A stretch of 63,424 nt of DNA, counting the filler, from Octopus bimaculoides (lineage: Eukaryota), in the NCBI RefSeq assembly GCF_001194135.2. It is 9 parts of 9 records of this genome, joined end to end, with 100 filler letters (N's around TTAATTAATTAA, not from the genome) between each part and the next. Parts side by side here need not be neighbours in the genome. Positions count along the whole stretch, not along the records: positions 27,310 to 32,592 come from NW_026433428.1; positions 32,693 to 43,460 come from NC_068988.1; 7 more parts are not named here. One strand, 5' to 3'. The notes below the pieces were generated by a model. That model saw nothing but the letters and a program-made list of their open reading frames with translations, ran no database searches and had not been told where the DNA came from. This document shows, one piece after another, positions 28,325 through 40,195 of this stretch. The position numbers were made by a program, and so were the translations under genes. The stretch's first letter is position 1, and every line of letters begins with the position of its first letter.

Positions 28325-29530
28325 GAATTTCGTACCAATAACGAAAATGTTAGAAAGTTCATAAATTGTGCGAGAAATAAGCCTGAAATCACCAATAGTT
28401 TTTTGAAATCAAAATGTTTGGATTTTGGCTAATAAGCGGCATCAAATCCTTGCAGAATTTTGACTCTTAAGCGACATCAAATCTTATACAAAACTGCAGT
28501 GCCGGAGAATTTAGTTTCGGTGGTAATCGATGTCTCTAAAGTGGCAAAATAATTGCTAAAAATTGAAAGGAATTTCACACCAATAACGAAAATGTTACAA
28601 AGTTCATAAATTGTGCTAGAAATAAGCCTGAAATCACCAATAGTTTTTTGAAGTCAAAATGTTTGGATTTTGGCTAATAAGCGGCATCAAATCCTTGCAG
28701 AATTTTGACTCANNNNNNNNNNNNNNNNNNNNNNNNNNNNNNNNNNNNNNNNNNNNNNNNNNNNNNNNNNNNNNNNNNNNNNNNNNNNNNNNNNNNNNNN
28801 NNNNNNNNNNNNNNNNNNNNNNNNNNNNNNNNNNNNNNNNNNNNNNNNNNNNNNNNNNNNNNNNNNNNNNNNNNNNNNNNNNNNNNNNNNNNNNNNNNNN
28901 NNNNNNNNNNNNNNNNNNNNNNNNNNNNNNNNNNNNNNNNNNNNNNNNNNNNNNNNNNNNNNNNNNNNNNNNNNNNNNNNNNNNNNNNNNNNNNNNNNNN
29001 NNNNNNNNNNNNNNNNNNNNNNNNNNNNNNNNNNNNNNNNNNNNNNNNNNNNNNNNNNNNNNNNNNNNNNNNNNNNNNNNNNNNNNNNNNNNNNNNNNNN
29101 NNNNNNNNNNNNNNNNNNNNNNNNNNNNNNNNNNNNNNNNNNNNNNNNNNNNNNNNNNNNNNNNNNNNNNNNNNNNNNNNNNNNNNNNNNNNNNNNNNNN
29201 NNNNNNNNNNNNNNNNNNNNNNNNNNNNNNNNNNNNNNNNNNNNNNNNNNNNNNNNNNNNNNNNNNNNNNNNNNNNNNNNNNNNNNNNNNNNNNNNNNNN
29301 NNNNNNACACCAATAACGAAAATGTTACAAAGTTCATAAATTGTGCTAGAAATAAGCCTGAAATCACCAATAGTTTTTTGAAGTCAAAATGTTTGGATTT
29401 TGGCTAATAAGCGGCATCAAATCCTTGCAGAATTTTGACTCATAAGCGACATCAAATCTTATACAAAACTGCAGTACCGGAGAATTTAGTTCGGTGGTAA
29501 TCGATGTCTCTAAAGTGGCAAAATAATTGC
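28325..29530. repeat. About 245-bp tandem repeat array, partly in a gap
   Basis: ccaataacgaaaatgtt at 28335, 28580 and 29310; units highly similar. Confidence 0.85.
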
Positions 29531-30609
29531 AAAAGATTGAATGCCGGGCTTGTTAATTTCATGTTTGCATAGACAGAAAAAAACTAACAGCCTATCCCAG
29601 GGCCTCCTTTTTCTCTACCGTCCCTTAGGCCCCAGCACCTACCTGTCTGGACCGTCTCAACGCCCACCGAGGGTCGGCAGCGCATATATTGAGAACCTTT
29701 GGAGTAGACTGTCTGCTATATATACCGATGCCTGCCATCGACATTCTTACCTGTGTTTACTTTTCATCCTTACCCCTGGGTGTCCAACAAACACCTCCTC
29801 ACCAAGCATACTTGAAGGACTTCCTTGTTGAGTCAACCAACAACTCGACCGTTCGACAGATTGTCCTAGGTTACAATGTTACTCAAGAAAAACCTGGCAT
29901 ACTTTTAACCTTTAATTCAAAATGACCATATCAGGCCCATATATTCTGTTTTATGTTCAAACCAGCCAGATCCGGCTTCTCACACTTACTCAACAATGTC
30001 ATTCGAAAGATAATCAGAGCTTCTGAAACATGAAGCCACGAAATAATTCAGGATTTATTGGAAACAATGTGAATAAAAGATTAATTAATTTGACAGAGGA
30101 ATCTGGATGCTGAATAATTAAAGTTTATTAACTTCCAACATTTTCTTATAAAACGCTTAGACTTCTTTATTACAATTCAAATATTTTCAGATTTTCTTTA
30201 AGAATTAATTAATTTCATTTATGATTAATTATAAGATTGCTTTGTAGATCGATGCAGGCATTGAAAGATAATTAAAGAAGCATCTATAAAAATTCTCTTA
30301 TATGTGATTTCACGTAATGCTAGACATAAAAGCCAGCAGCTCTCAAATTTCCATTGTTTTTTCACTCAAACCGAAGGACACTTTACAGAAACTGTAAAAG
30401 AAAGAAATTCGGTTAATACAGGTTGTGGCAGAAAAACTTTGTTATTATTACACACTCCCTCTCTTTTTCTTTCTTTCACTCAATTGATAAACCCAACGGG
30501 ACAACACGTAAACAAGTTACGCATAGCTGAACGCGTGAGAATCCTGAAAAGAGTCACTACTGGAGCCAGGGAACATCCTTGAACTCCAGAACAGAGATTT
30601 GCCTTTCAG

Positions 30610-30813
30610 GTGGTTCCTGCTAGCCCTTCGGAGCCTTCGAGATGGCGACATGGCTGCTGCAAGTAAACAAACATTAGCGAAGGGAGATAATTCCCACTCG
30701 TTACCTTCCAGCAGTGAGATATTTCCACCGCTATATTTTCAAGTGGGCCAACGGGGTTTTAGGATTTGGCGATACGACATAAAACTAAACCCTTTAGGGA
30801 CGGGAAAGCTAAG
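30610..30813 (+). CDS. Candidate upstream exon of the plus-strand gene
   Basis: Acceptor tttgcctttcag, donor AAG|gtaata, one open frame (WFLLALRSLRDGDMAAASKQ...GFRIWRYDIKLNPLGTGKL), phase 2 to 2; no homology recognised. Confidence 0.3.
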
Positions 30814-31189
30814 GTAATAACATAAACCGGCCTACCCCATTTTTAATATATACTACTCTACATCCAAGAGCGTGCTTCTTTCGGGTTTATGTATTTTACA
30901 AACGGTGTGGGGGTCGTGGGCCAACGGGATTTGGGGATTGTTGTGGTATATCTACATTGCATATAATGTGTGTGAATATAATTTCACTCCACCCAGTTAA
31001 TGTGGCTAAAAATCAATAAGATATTACATTATCAATTTATTTAGAGTACATTCATCAAAAGTTACATACAAAATGAATTTGTTTTAATACAAATAATTTT
31101 TAATAGTAATTACATATTAATTTCTGAATAAAGAGTTTTGATATAATTTAAATATTTTTTTAAAATTTAATTTCACAGATTTCACTCGG

Positions 31190-31483
31190 TGCTATCTCAG
31201 ATGATTAACTGTCTCTGTGTGTCCTTGGTCACAGGCCCTGTGTGAGTGGTGTGTCGCCATCGGTAACAGCAGCATTTACAACAATATCAGAGATCTGCAG
31301 GAGACGTTTGACTGTCTGTGTGTGTCCATTCACGCAGGCCTGGTGTAGTGGTGTGTACCGATCGTTATCCACAGCATTTACGTCAATATCAGACTTATTC
31401 AATAAATGTTTAACAGTATCTGTGTGTCCAAGAGCACAGGCCAAATGTAGTAGTGTGTCACCATCTCTATTTTGTTGATTTAT
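31190..31483 (-). pseudogene. Ankyrin-repeat exon (about 3 repeats) with a frameshift
   Basis: Acceptor (t)n-tag at 31484-85; INQQNRDGDTLLHLACALGHTDTVKHLL...VNAVDNDRYTPLHQACVNGHTQTVKRLL...; a 1-nt insertion near 31245 breaks the third TPLHRACDQGHTETV repeat; AATAAA on minus at 31036-41. Confidence 0.85.
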
Positions 31484-32238
31484 CTAAAAAAAAAAAAAAC
31501 AAGCAAACAATAAAGAGTCTAAAAATGGTAGCTTGGAGAGGAAAAGTAGAACCCTTAAGCAATTCTCAGAAACAGAAGATAAAGTATCCGAGTCATATTC
31601 TGGTGGAATGATGGGTTTCTAAGGGTGAGTAATTGAATGAGATTGGTATTGTATTTACAGACAGATATACACATACAGGTATAGATAGAAACATATATAT
31701 GTGAGTGTGTCGATAATACATATGCCCATANNNNNNNNNNNNNNNNNNNNNNNNNNNNNNNNNNNNNNNNNNNNNNNNNNNNNNNNNNNNNNNNNNNNNN
31801 NNNNNNNNNNNNNNNNNNNNNNNNNNNNNNNNNNNNNNNNNNNNNNNNNNNNNNNNNNNNNNNNNNNNNNNNNNNNNNNNNNNNNNNNNNNNNNNNNNNN
31901 NNNNNNNNNNNNNNNNNNNNNNNNNNNNNNNNNNNNNNNNNNNNNNNNNNNNNNNNNNNNNNNNNNNNNNNNNNNNNNNNNNNNNNNNNNNNNNNNNNNN
32001 NNNNNNNNNNNNNNNNNNNNNNNNNNNNNNNNNNNNNNNNNNNNNNNNNNNNNNNNNNNNNNNNNNNNNNNNNNNNNNNNNNNNNNNNNNNNNNNNNNNN
32101 NNNNNNNNNNNNNNNNNNNNNNNNNNNNNNNNNNNNNNNNNNNNNNNNNNNNNNNNNNNNNNNNNNNNNNNNNNNNNNNNNNNNNNNNNNNNNNNNNNNN
32201 NNNNNNNNNNNNNNATATATATATATATATATATATAT

Positions 32239-32300
<62 letters not shown>

Positions 32301-32438
32301 CTATATAATCTCTTCCTTTCAATGTTGTAGCAAAGAATTATGTCCAGATTATGGTGAAGAAAGCCAAGAGGGTGTGTTTTTTGGGGGATTGATCTAAGAC
32401 TCATCAATAATTTGATGTTTTCATATATTTGACAGAGC

Positions 32439-32592
32439 AAAGAAATGGTTATAACCCTTGACGTCCGTAAAACCTTCAACTGTGTCTGACAAGAGAAATT
32501 CGTGACAGAGTCACCATCCACTCATTGACTCCACCTGTCTTTCATCTCTTGGACTGAATATTTCCTGCCAGAGAATTCCATTGCAGTGTGTG
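32439..32592 (+). mobile_element. CR1/Jockey-like LINE RT fragment
   Basis: KEMVITLDVRKTFNCV*QEKF...ISWTEYFLPENSIAV resembles ALDISKAFDRVWH...SWI.SFL..RSI.V. Confidence 0.65.
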
Positions 32593-32693
32593 NNNNNNNN
32601 NNNNNNNNNNNNNNNNNNNNNNNNNNNNNNNNNNNNTTAATTAATTAANNNNNNNNNNNNNNNNNNNNNNNNNNNNNNNNNNNNNNNNNNNNT

Positions 32694-32826
32694 CTCTTGG
32701 AAGAGCCCTGCTTCTCACATGGACAACTGTATGTTGGCTGCTCAAGAGTGGGCAGCAACAAAAAGCCTATTTGTATATGCTCCACAAGGGAAAACAAGGA
32801 ACATAGTTTACAATGAGGTGTTATAA
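32694..32826 (+). mobile_element. Helitron RepHel (PIF1 helicase) C-terminal fragment
   Basis: LLEEPCFSHGQLYVGCSRVGS (helicase motif VI), then after a 1-nt shift KSLFVYAPQGKTRNIVYNEVL*. Confidence 0.85.
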
Positions 32827-32945
32827 TCACAACAGCAAGAAAGTATGTACATGATCACCTTCTTTTACAAAACTTCATTGACTTTCATATATTTATATTG
32901 ATATACATATATATACGTGTGTTTGGGTGCGTGTGTGTATATACA

Positions 32946-33036
32946 TCTCTATATATAAAGATGATGCGTAGTCTAGACGGCGTTTTTAGATTTCATTATT
33001 CTCTTTAACCCGGGCAACGCCGGGTATTTCTGCTAG
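32946..33036 (+). mobile_element. Helitron termini (91-bp mini-Helitron, or the 3' end of the upstream element)
   Basis: A|TCTCTATATATAAAG start, cccgggcaacgccggg hairpin, CTAG|T end. Confidence 0.75.
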
Positions 33037-33181
33037 TGAATCTTAAAGGTAAGTGAATTAATATTATTAGGAATCGAACGACAGATAATAACTACAATTG
33101 TTTGTATAATTCTCTGTTGAAAAACACTGACTTTGATTTGTGCTTTCATAACATTTGATTTACCATTTCCCATCTCCAAAG

Positions 33182-33243
33182 AGAATGGCAGAGAAGATGG
33201 TGGGTTTGTAGAAGTTATGTACCTACTGATAACAATATCGTAG
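33182..33243 (+). CDS. Weak candidate exon
   Basis: EWQRRWWVCRSYVPTDNNIV, phase 2 to 1, bridges the 30610 and 33615 candidates; weak AAG acceptor; the donor lies in a 13-bp triple repeat. Confidence 0.2.
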
Positions 33244-33614
33244 GTACATATCGTAGGTACATATCGTAGGTACGTTCTGGTTTCGAATCCTACAGAGCTT
33301 TCTGTTCATCTACCGTCTACTATTTGGCCATTATCTATGATAGAAATCATTTTTAATTTTACACAGAGGGCAGCAAATAGGCAAATCAGTCACTCACTCG
33401 AATTAAATGCCACTATCCAATCTCTATTCGACTTTCCCTTTCGTATGTAACGAGGCGATAAAAAACTCAAATATACCATGCTATGTTGTTTTCTCCTGCT
33501 CTAATGTTGTGTTCACATCCAATCAGTCCTCTTACCCCTTTTTTCTTGGTATATATATTATGTCTGTGTCACTTTTTCGGTGGAGTGTTAATCGGGATTT
33601 TGTATTTTACGCAG

Positions 33615-33676
33615 ATCAAAAGGAATTTTTGCGAAGATTCCGAAATCATGACTCATTAGCTTATAGATCGATTCAC
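33615..33676 (+). CDS. Candidate exon, requires a GC donor
   Basis: Acceptor ttttgtattttacgcag; (D)QKEFLRRFRNHDSLAYRSIH; the phase-0 end at CAC|gcaaat fits the next exon. Confidence 0.35.
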
Positions 33677-34040
33677 GCAAATTATACTTCTAAAACTTTA
33701 ACTCTTTATCTCCCTCGTTTTTAATCTTGCACTTCCCCTATCACTATTTTGCCCTCACCACCCTCTTTCTCTCTATCTCCCTCACTACATTTCACCCTTT
33801 CATTTTCATTTCCTCTCCCTTTCTTCCTTTCACTGATTTCTCTGATCTTCTCTTCTTTCTTTCCCTAAGACTCTCTTGAACTTTAAATCTCACTCTTCCC
33901 CTACTTCTCCCTCTTTCTTTCCCTCTCACCCTCCTTCTGTCTCCCTATATCACATCCTTAACTTCTTCCTCTTTCTGCTGTCCACTTCTCTCTCACTCTC
34001 TTACATTCTTTATCAATCCTAGTTAACTTTCCATTTACAG

Positions 34041-34189
34041 GTGAAATTATGGTTCAGCAAAGAGCCTCTACGTTACGTGTACACTTTCAATGGAACGGGG
34101 ACGAATTCTACATCATGGTACCATATTGATAAACTCATTGCTCATTATTTACCAAGCAGTTATACAACGAAATTTACATTCAATAATAA
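34041..34189 (+). CDS. Coding exon of an uncharacterised, probably extracellular protein
   Basis: Acceptor ctttccatttacag, donor AA|gtatat; open frame VKLWFSKEPLRYVYTFNGTGTNSTSWYHIDKLIAHYLPSSYTTKFTFNN with two N-glycosylation sequons. Confidence 0.7.
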
Positions 34190-34232
34190 GTATATACCAC
34201 CTTCTTGCTCTTTGTAAACACATTTAGATAAC

Positions 34233-34383
<151 letters not shown>

Positions 34384-34554
34384 TACAGTTCTATATTTAG
34401 GAGATGAGGAATTATGTACATTATTTACATTATTTACATTTGACGGAGATTTGTCCTCATCTTGTTTGTTATTAATTCAACGTTTCGGCCGATATACCCT
34501 CAAGCCTTCATCGGGTGTCTTGGGGAAATTTCGAACCTGGATTCTCATTCCTAA
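34384..34554 (-). mobile_element. Penelope-like pLTR fragment with a broken hammerhead-like core
   Basis: Minus strand cCCGATGAaggcttgagggtatatcggccGAAACgttg; homologous to 53496-53657. Confidence 0.55.
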
Positions 34555-34566
34555 AGTATTTTTCGG

Positions 34567-34641
<75 letters not shown>

Positions 34642-35852
34642 CATTATTGTCTTTGCACAGCTTCTAACGCTGGAGATGTACTACAGTGTCAGCTGTTCAC
34701 TACCAGTGAACTAATGTAACACCTCTTATTTTTCGAGCACCTTCCGGAGTATTCGAACGGTTCCAAGCAGTGCTGTTTTCTGCAAGCGCTCCACCCTTAT
34801 TGCAGCCCATATTTCTTCCACGTACTTCTCAAGATGTTTACTCACTGTTCCCTGGGCTCCGACAATTATTGGTACTACTCCTACCTTTTTCATCGACCAT
34901 AACTGCTTAACTTCCCCAGCTAACTTGTCATATCTATCGACTTTTCTTTTTTCCTTATTGTATAGCTTGTTGTCAGCTGGACATGCTATATCTATTATCC
35001 AGCATAGTTTGTTTTCTTTCTCAACTAAGACTATGTCTGGCTTCCTATTCTCTATCGCATGGTCGCACTGAATCATAAAATCCCACAGGGTCTTAGCATT
35101 ATCATTTACGATGATGCCGTCGGGTTTATGGTCGTACCAATTTTTTGCTCTCTCAAGTCCATACATGTTCGCAAATTGTCCAATGGATAAGCCTTGATAT
35201 ATTGCCGTGGTTCTCTTATATTCCTTCTGGGCTACTGCCATACATTGGCTGGTAATATGCCATACAGTCTCACCATTTTGTCAACAAATTCTGCACTAAT
35301 CACTTTCTGATGTGTTGTCTATTCTGTATTTTATGTAATTTGTTCTTAGTGCTTGCTCTTGGGCAGCACAGATTAGAGCCTCCGTTTCCGGTTTTAAATT
35401 ACTTTTAGTCATCAGCAGCCATCTATTTCTCTGTCTTATCTTCAACATCTCTATGAAATTGACCATGCATTCTTTTCTTTACCCACCTGTTTTCAATTTC
35501 ATTCGTTTTCAATTTCTTGTATAGTGCTTTATCTTTGCATTTTTTCATCCTACACAAGCATGATCTTCCTACTTCTAATAATAGCGGTTCTGTGGTATTT
35601 TTTTTACATACCATGCTATTTTGTTTTCTTCTGCTCGACTGCTGTGTTCGCATCCAATAAGTCCTCATCTCACTATTTTTCTTGGTACATACAGTCTGTC
35701 TGTGTCACTTTTTGGTGAAATGACCCATATCTAGTTAGCAACTTCTTTGTCTTTCTGTCTAAGCTGTTTATTTCGTCTACTGTCCATGCGATTACCCCTG
35801 CTCAATATATAAGGAGTGAAACCGCCCAGGTTTTGATAGCTCCAATCTTATT
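34567..35852 (-). mobile_element. 5'-truncated R4/Dong-clade LINE (RT end, CCHC knuckle, REL endonuclease) ending in (AAT)n
   Basis: CRIC*QNGETVWHITSQC; ENRKPDIVLVEKENKLCWIIDIACP (PD-D/E nuclease); QKTALLGTVRILRKVL; 3' end abuts (TTA)n 34567-34648; contains stops and frameshifts. Confidence 0.92.
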
Positions 35853-36639
35853 CCGTCTAGGGCATTGTCGCTGTGAATTTCCTTTCCCTTTTCCTCTTTA
35901 TTTTATTTCTTTACTTTTTTATGTTTATTTTTTTCACTTTTTCTTACCTTTTTTCTCTATCACTTGACTTTGTAAATGGACAAGGTGTTGAAGCTAAATA
36001 TCGAAAAACATTTCAAGCCACCCAGCTGAAAAACATGCAGGGATGTTGTACAACGAATTTATATGTTTTTAAAACTTAAGAAAGAAAGTAGAAAACCATA
36101 GCTTAAAGTCGGAATCATAGACCTTCAGATTAACAATCGAAGTGCGACTGATATTCAATTCCTTGTCGTTCCAAATACCACAAATCCTAATACATTAATA
36201 CAACAACTGATCAACCACCCTCAGTCTCTACTCCATCTGTCTCTTCTTCCGTTCTTAAAGTGTGTTTCTGACCCATCAAGCTGTACAATTCCTAAACATA
36301 CACACTGGACATATTTACTAGTCCTCTTACTACTGACAATTGATTTGCATCTCATTCGTATTAGACACATTTCCTAAAACCTCCTTTCCAGAACTACACT
36401 GCTTCGTAGTCTTCTTTTCCCAACTGCAGACAGTAATTGACAGAAAATTCGTCTTGTTATTTAGCTTCAGTTCAGCTGTGATCAAATGGCATGCCAGGTA
36501 TGGAGCATTCACTAATCTCAAAGACGAAAAGGCAAAGACAATGATTTAATTAAGCAAAATGGATTGTCATCAATATAATTGTCAAATTTTTCATTGTGAT
36601 CAATTTTATTAAATTTATCAATTGTAGCATTAGTTTCAG

Positions 36640-36745
36640 ACAACCGCATTTTCGTGTGGATTGGAAAAGTGCATCTGGTAAACGTGGCTGGATGGAAGCC
36701 CCCAAAAAAGTGGAAGGTACGAAGTTTATTGGCAGAGGGAGAACG
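36640..36745 (+). CDS. Coding exon spliceable in frame to 34041-34189
   Basis: Acceptor tagtttcag, donor ACG|gtatgt; phase-2 entry matches; QPHFRVDWKSASGKRGWMEAPKKVEGTKFIGRGRT. Confidence 0.65.
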
Positions 36746-37662
36746 GTATGTAAGATATATCATCTTTTTTTATGCAAATAATCGTATGTTTGTACACACA
36801 CACACACANNNNNNNNNNNNNNNNNNNNNNNNNNNNNNNNNNNNNNNNNNNNNNNNNNNNNNNNNNNNNNNNNNNNNNNNNNNNNNNNNNNNNNNNNNNN
36901 NNNNNNNNNNNNNNNNNNNNNNNNNNNNNNNNNNNNNNNNNNNNNNNNNNNNNNNNNNNNNNNNNNNNNNNNNNNNNNNNNNNNNNNNNNNNNNNNNNNN
37001 NNNNNNNNNNNNNNNNNNNNNNNNNNNNNNNNNNNNNNNNNNNNNNNNNNNNNNNNNNNNNNNNNNNNNNNNNNNNNNNNNNNNNNNNNNNNNNNNNNNN
37101 NNNNNNNNNNNNNNNNNNNNNNNNNNNNNNNNNNNNNNNNNNNNNNNNNNNNNNNNNNNNNNNNNNNNNNNNNNNNNNNNNNNNNNNNNNNNNNNNNNNN
37201 NNNNNNNNNNNNNNNNNNNNTATATATATATATATATATATCTGCAGAAGAGGAATGGACAATCGGTAAGATTTGTTAAATCCGAAACCGGTACCTGTTT
37301 AAGAATGCTTTTTTAGGTGATTTTAAATGTCTTGCTCGCTCACGTTTTGGTATGCTGCTATATTTCATGTTGAGAACAATTTAGGTCTTAATAGACACAA
37401 GATGTGATCTATTTCTAGCACATTAATTGTCCACGTTAGTGGTCAACGTTATTTTTTAAAAATGTACCTTAATCCCCTGAGATTGCAGATACTATTTCTG
37501 AATCTCTTTGATTCTTTAGATGTGCTGGCCTCCTGATAATTAATCGATATTATTTAATATATGATTAATTACCAGATTTTATAATTATATTATATTATAT
37601 ATATATATATAATTATTAGACATTTGGGATATTAACCAATAGATAAGCAACTCCTATTTCAG

Positions 37663-37674
37663 GATAACCTCATG
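37663..37674 (+). CDS. Candidate 12-nt micro-exon (DNLM)
   Basis: ctcctatttcag|GATAACCTCATG|gtatgg, phase 0 to 0, with ttaac about 30 nt upstream. Confidence 0.2.
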
Positions 37675-38250
37675 GTATGGTATACGCAGAGAAAATTAAA
37701 TCAAATAAAATAATTAAAATAACATAAATAAAATTAGTTAAATAAACATATCTTACCTGTTTTTAATCTGTTGGGAAAGAAGATAGTACAAGTAATCACT
37801 AGACGTATTTGTGCGCTGGTGGGGTGTGTATCCAGGCTATACTTAATACATAAATCCACCAGTGCGTCCTCAGGCTATGTATATTGTTATTATGTATGGG
37901 TAAAAGTTAAACATTATATTAAAAATAAAAATTACAAATATATTTAAAAATATTAAATACCTAAAGTACAATTAGGATATCTATTGAAAATGCTCTACCT
38001 AAGGAAATTTTATCGATTTAATTAGAAACACATCAAATCTGATATCTAAATAAATATTATAGAAATCATATTACTTGTAATAATTTAGTGTAAAATATAC
38101 CCCTGTCAATACTTGTATAATCAAACATACTTTGTGTCAAATATGAATTAATAGTCTAGAATAAAGATTAAGGCAACTAGCTATTATCAAACATTAAAAA
38201 AATGGAATGAAAAAGAAAGAAGATAAAGCTGTGGTTGAGAAGATCTATAA

Positions 38251-38780
38251 CACTGGTCAACACACTTTTTACCGACTTCGATGTTGTGGTTGTTTTTAGT
38301 TAATTTTGAGGTTCTGATTTCAAATATAGCATCCATTTTTTTTCTCTAACACATCAGATTTTCATTCTATAGCATATCCCTATTTTATGATGTACTGTAT
38401 TAATTATTTACTTGGTCAGGATAGTTTACTATGTCTTACAGCTTAAGACTATAAGTTAAAATGTCAGTAGAAAATGAAAGGATAAATGAAATGAAAGATA
38501 GCATCACCTTTTACTAAATGCATTCTGTTAATTCTCTAATATGATGAATAAAAACAAAACCAGCATACACATACCTTCATATTCACAGAACAAATTTCTG
38601 CTTGCGCGTGTCTCTGGAGTGTTTCATATCTACTAATCTCTTTGAATACGCCAATAGTAGCCTGCCATCATGTGTAAGTTCCATTGACCTCGGTATCTCT
38701 CCTCCAGAATCTTGATTACTTGAGGTAAACGCTCACCATTTTCAACGCCCACGTCTCCGAAATTAGCAGGAAATTCATCG
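38251..38780 (-). mobile_element. Chapaev-type DNA transposon 3' fragment
   Basis: DEFPANFGDVGVENGERLPQVIKILEERYRGQWNLHMMAGYYWRIQRD resembles the Chapaev NLGAVSDEQGERFHQDI..MEKRYQG.W...M.ADYCW motif; CACTG-type terminus at 38251. Confidence 0.75.
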
Positions 38781-38996
38781 AATGGCTAGTGACGAAATAT
38801 ATAGATATGCAATGTACCCACGATCGCGAGATCGTGGTTTCAATTCCGAAACGGTGTGGTTTATTGTGTTCGATTCAAGGAGGGAATGAGCTAATGTGCG
38901 GCACGAACATTTGACTATTATAAACAAATAATTTGAGCAGGTTGTTCGTCAGGCTGAACGCTCAAAAGTCATCTTCGAGGAAAAAGTCCAATACAT

Positions 38997-39053
<57 letters not shown>

Positions 39054-39190
39054 CAGATAGATAAATAAACATATATACATTTAAAGATGTATATATAGAT
39101 ATGTATGTATATATGTATTTATGATCATTCAAATACATGCAGTTATCTTCATTAATGTTTAACGATATTTTTCCTTCATTTATTTTTCAG

Positions 39191-39240
39191 AGAGAAAAAC
39201 TTATCTTAAAAACCTGGTCATCTCAGTTCTTTTGAAGTAG
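39191..39240 (+). CDS. Candidate terminal exon
   Basis: Strong acceptor tttttccttcatttatttttcag; all three frames stop by 39240 (REKLILKTWSSQFF* in phase 0). Confidence 0.3.
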
Positions 39241-39380
39241 AATATGTTTAATCCGGAAATTGTGTATTCTTACATTCCCACAAACCGATATCAATACATA
39301 CATACACTAAGTTTTCCACAAAATTATTCCATGTTTAAACTCCATCCTGACAACACCTCAAATGTAAATGTAAAATTCTC

Positions 39381-39470
39381 CCCTGAAGACGGAGGCGGTG
39401 GTATCCGAAAATGGAACCAAGTAACTATCATTATTCCGGACTACCAACCCTCCAGAAACAGCTGTTGGAC
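39381..39470 (+). ncRNA. Minimal type-I hammerhead ribozyme motif (Penelope-associated type)
   Basis: CUGAAGA (39383-89); long stem II (GGAGG/CCUCC, UGGUA/UACCA, UCCG/CGGA); GAAAC-AGCU-GUU with the ACAGCUGU palindrome; stem I only about 2 bp. Confidence 0.65.
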
Positions 39471-39769
39471 TCGTATAACTCAATTTATGTAACTCCTGAT
39501 ATCATATATATTCTGTGTAAGTCGGACTCTATTATAGCCATCCACATGTACATTTTCCGTTTTAAATATATCAAATATTTTGTGTAAATCGACTTGCCTA
39601 ACTTGCATGTCTTTACATCTATTCATCTATCTACTCAAGTTCAAATCTCTTGAGCATTTCGAAGTGTATTCTATATAGAGAACACCTGTCTCTAACTTAT
39701 AAACTATACATATATACACTCTTACATACGTACGTACATAAACACATACGTATATAAGCACATATGCAC

Positions 39770-39799
<30 letters not shown>

Positions 39800-39807
<8 letters not shown>

Positions 39808-40095
39808 ACTTGCGCACTGGGGTCGATCTAATCGACTGGTCCCTTCCCCAAAAATTTCGGGCCTTGTACCTAGATTAGAAAAAATACGGATTCCTTTATT
39901 GCCCACAGAGGGCTAAACACAAAGGGGACAAACAAGGATAGAACAAAGGGATTAAATCGATCACATAGACCCCAGTGCGTAATTGGTACGTATTTAATCG
40001 ACCCCGACAGGATGAAAGGTAAAGTCGATCTCGGCGGAATTTGAACTCAGAATTTCGCCCGGCGTGCTAACGATTCTGCCAGGTAGCCGCCGTTA
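39800..40095. mobile_element. SINE family B fragments
   Basis: ctggggtcgatctaatcgac...aaaatttcgggccttg (plus) and gaccccagtgcgtaattggtac...gaatttgaactcag...gctaacgattctgccag (minus). Confidence 0.75.
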
Positions 40096-40195
40096 TATAC
40101 ACCTACTAATGTGCCAATTGTCTCTTACAGTCTATATAATTTTATACTTAAGAAAATAAACTCCTTTTTTTTTCTCATTGAAAATAATGCAATCT

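Noticed and set aside
30490-30930. Three CCAACGGG (Myb-like), two GTAAACAA (forkhead) and an AGATGGCG (YY1-like) motif as a promoter
   Set aside because: Short motifs alone are not evidence; two copies reflect a local gtgggccaacggg duplication and the region overlaps a candidate exon.
31570-31630. Strong plus-strand donor AGG|gtgagt at about 31624
   Set aside because: Every frame from plausible acceptors contains a stop.
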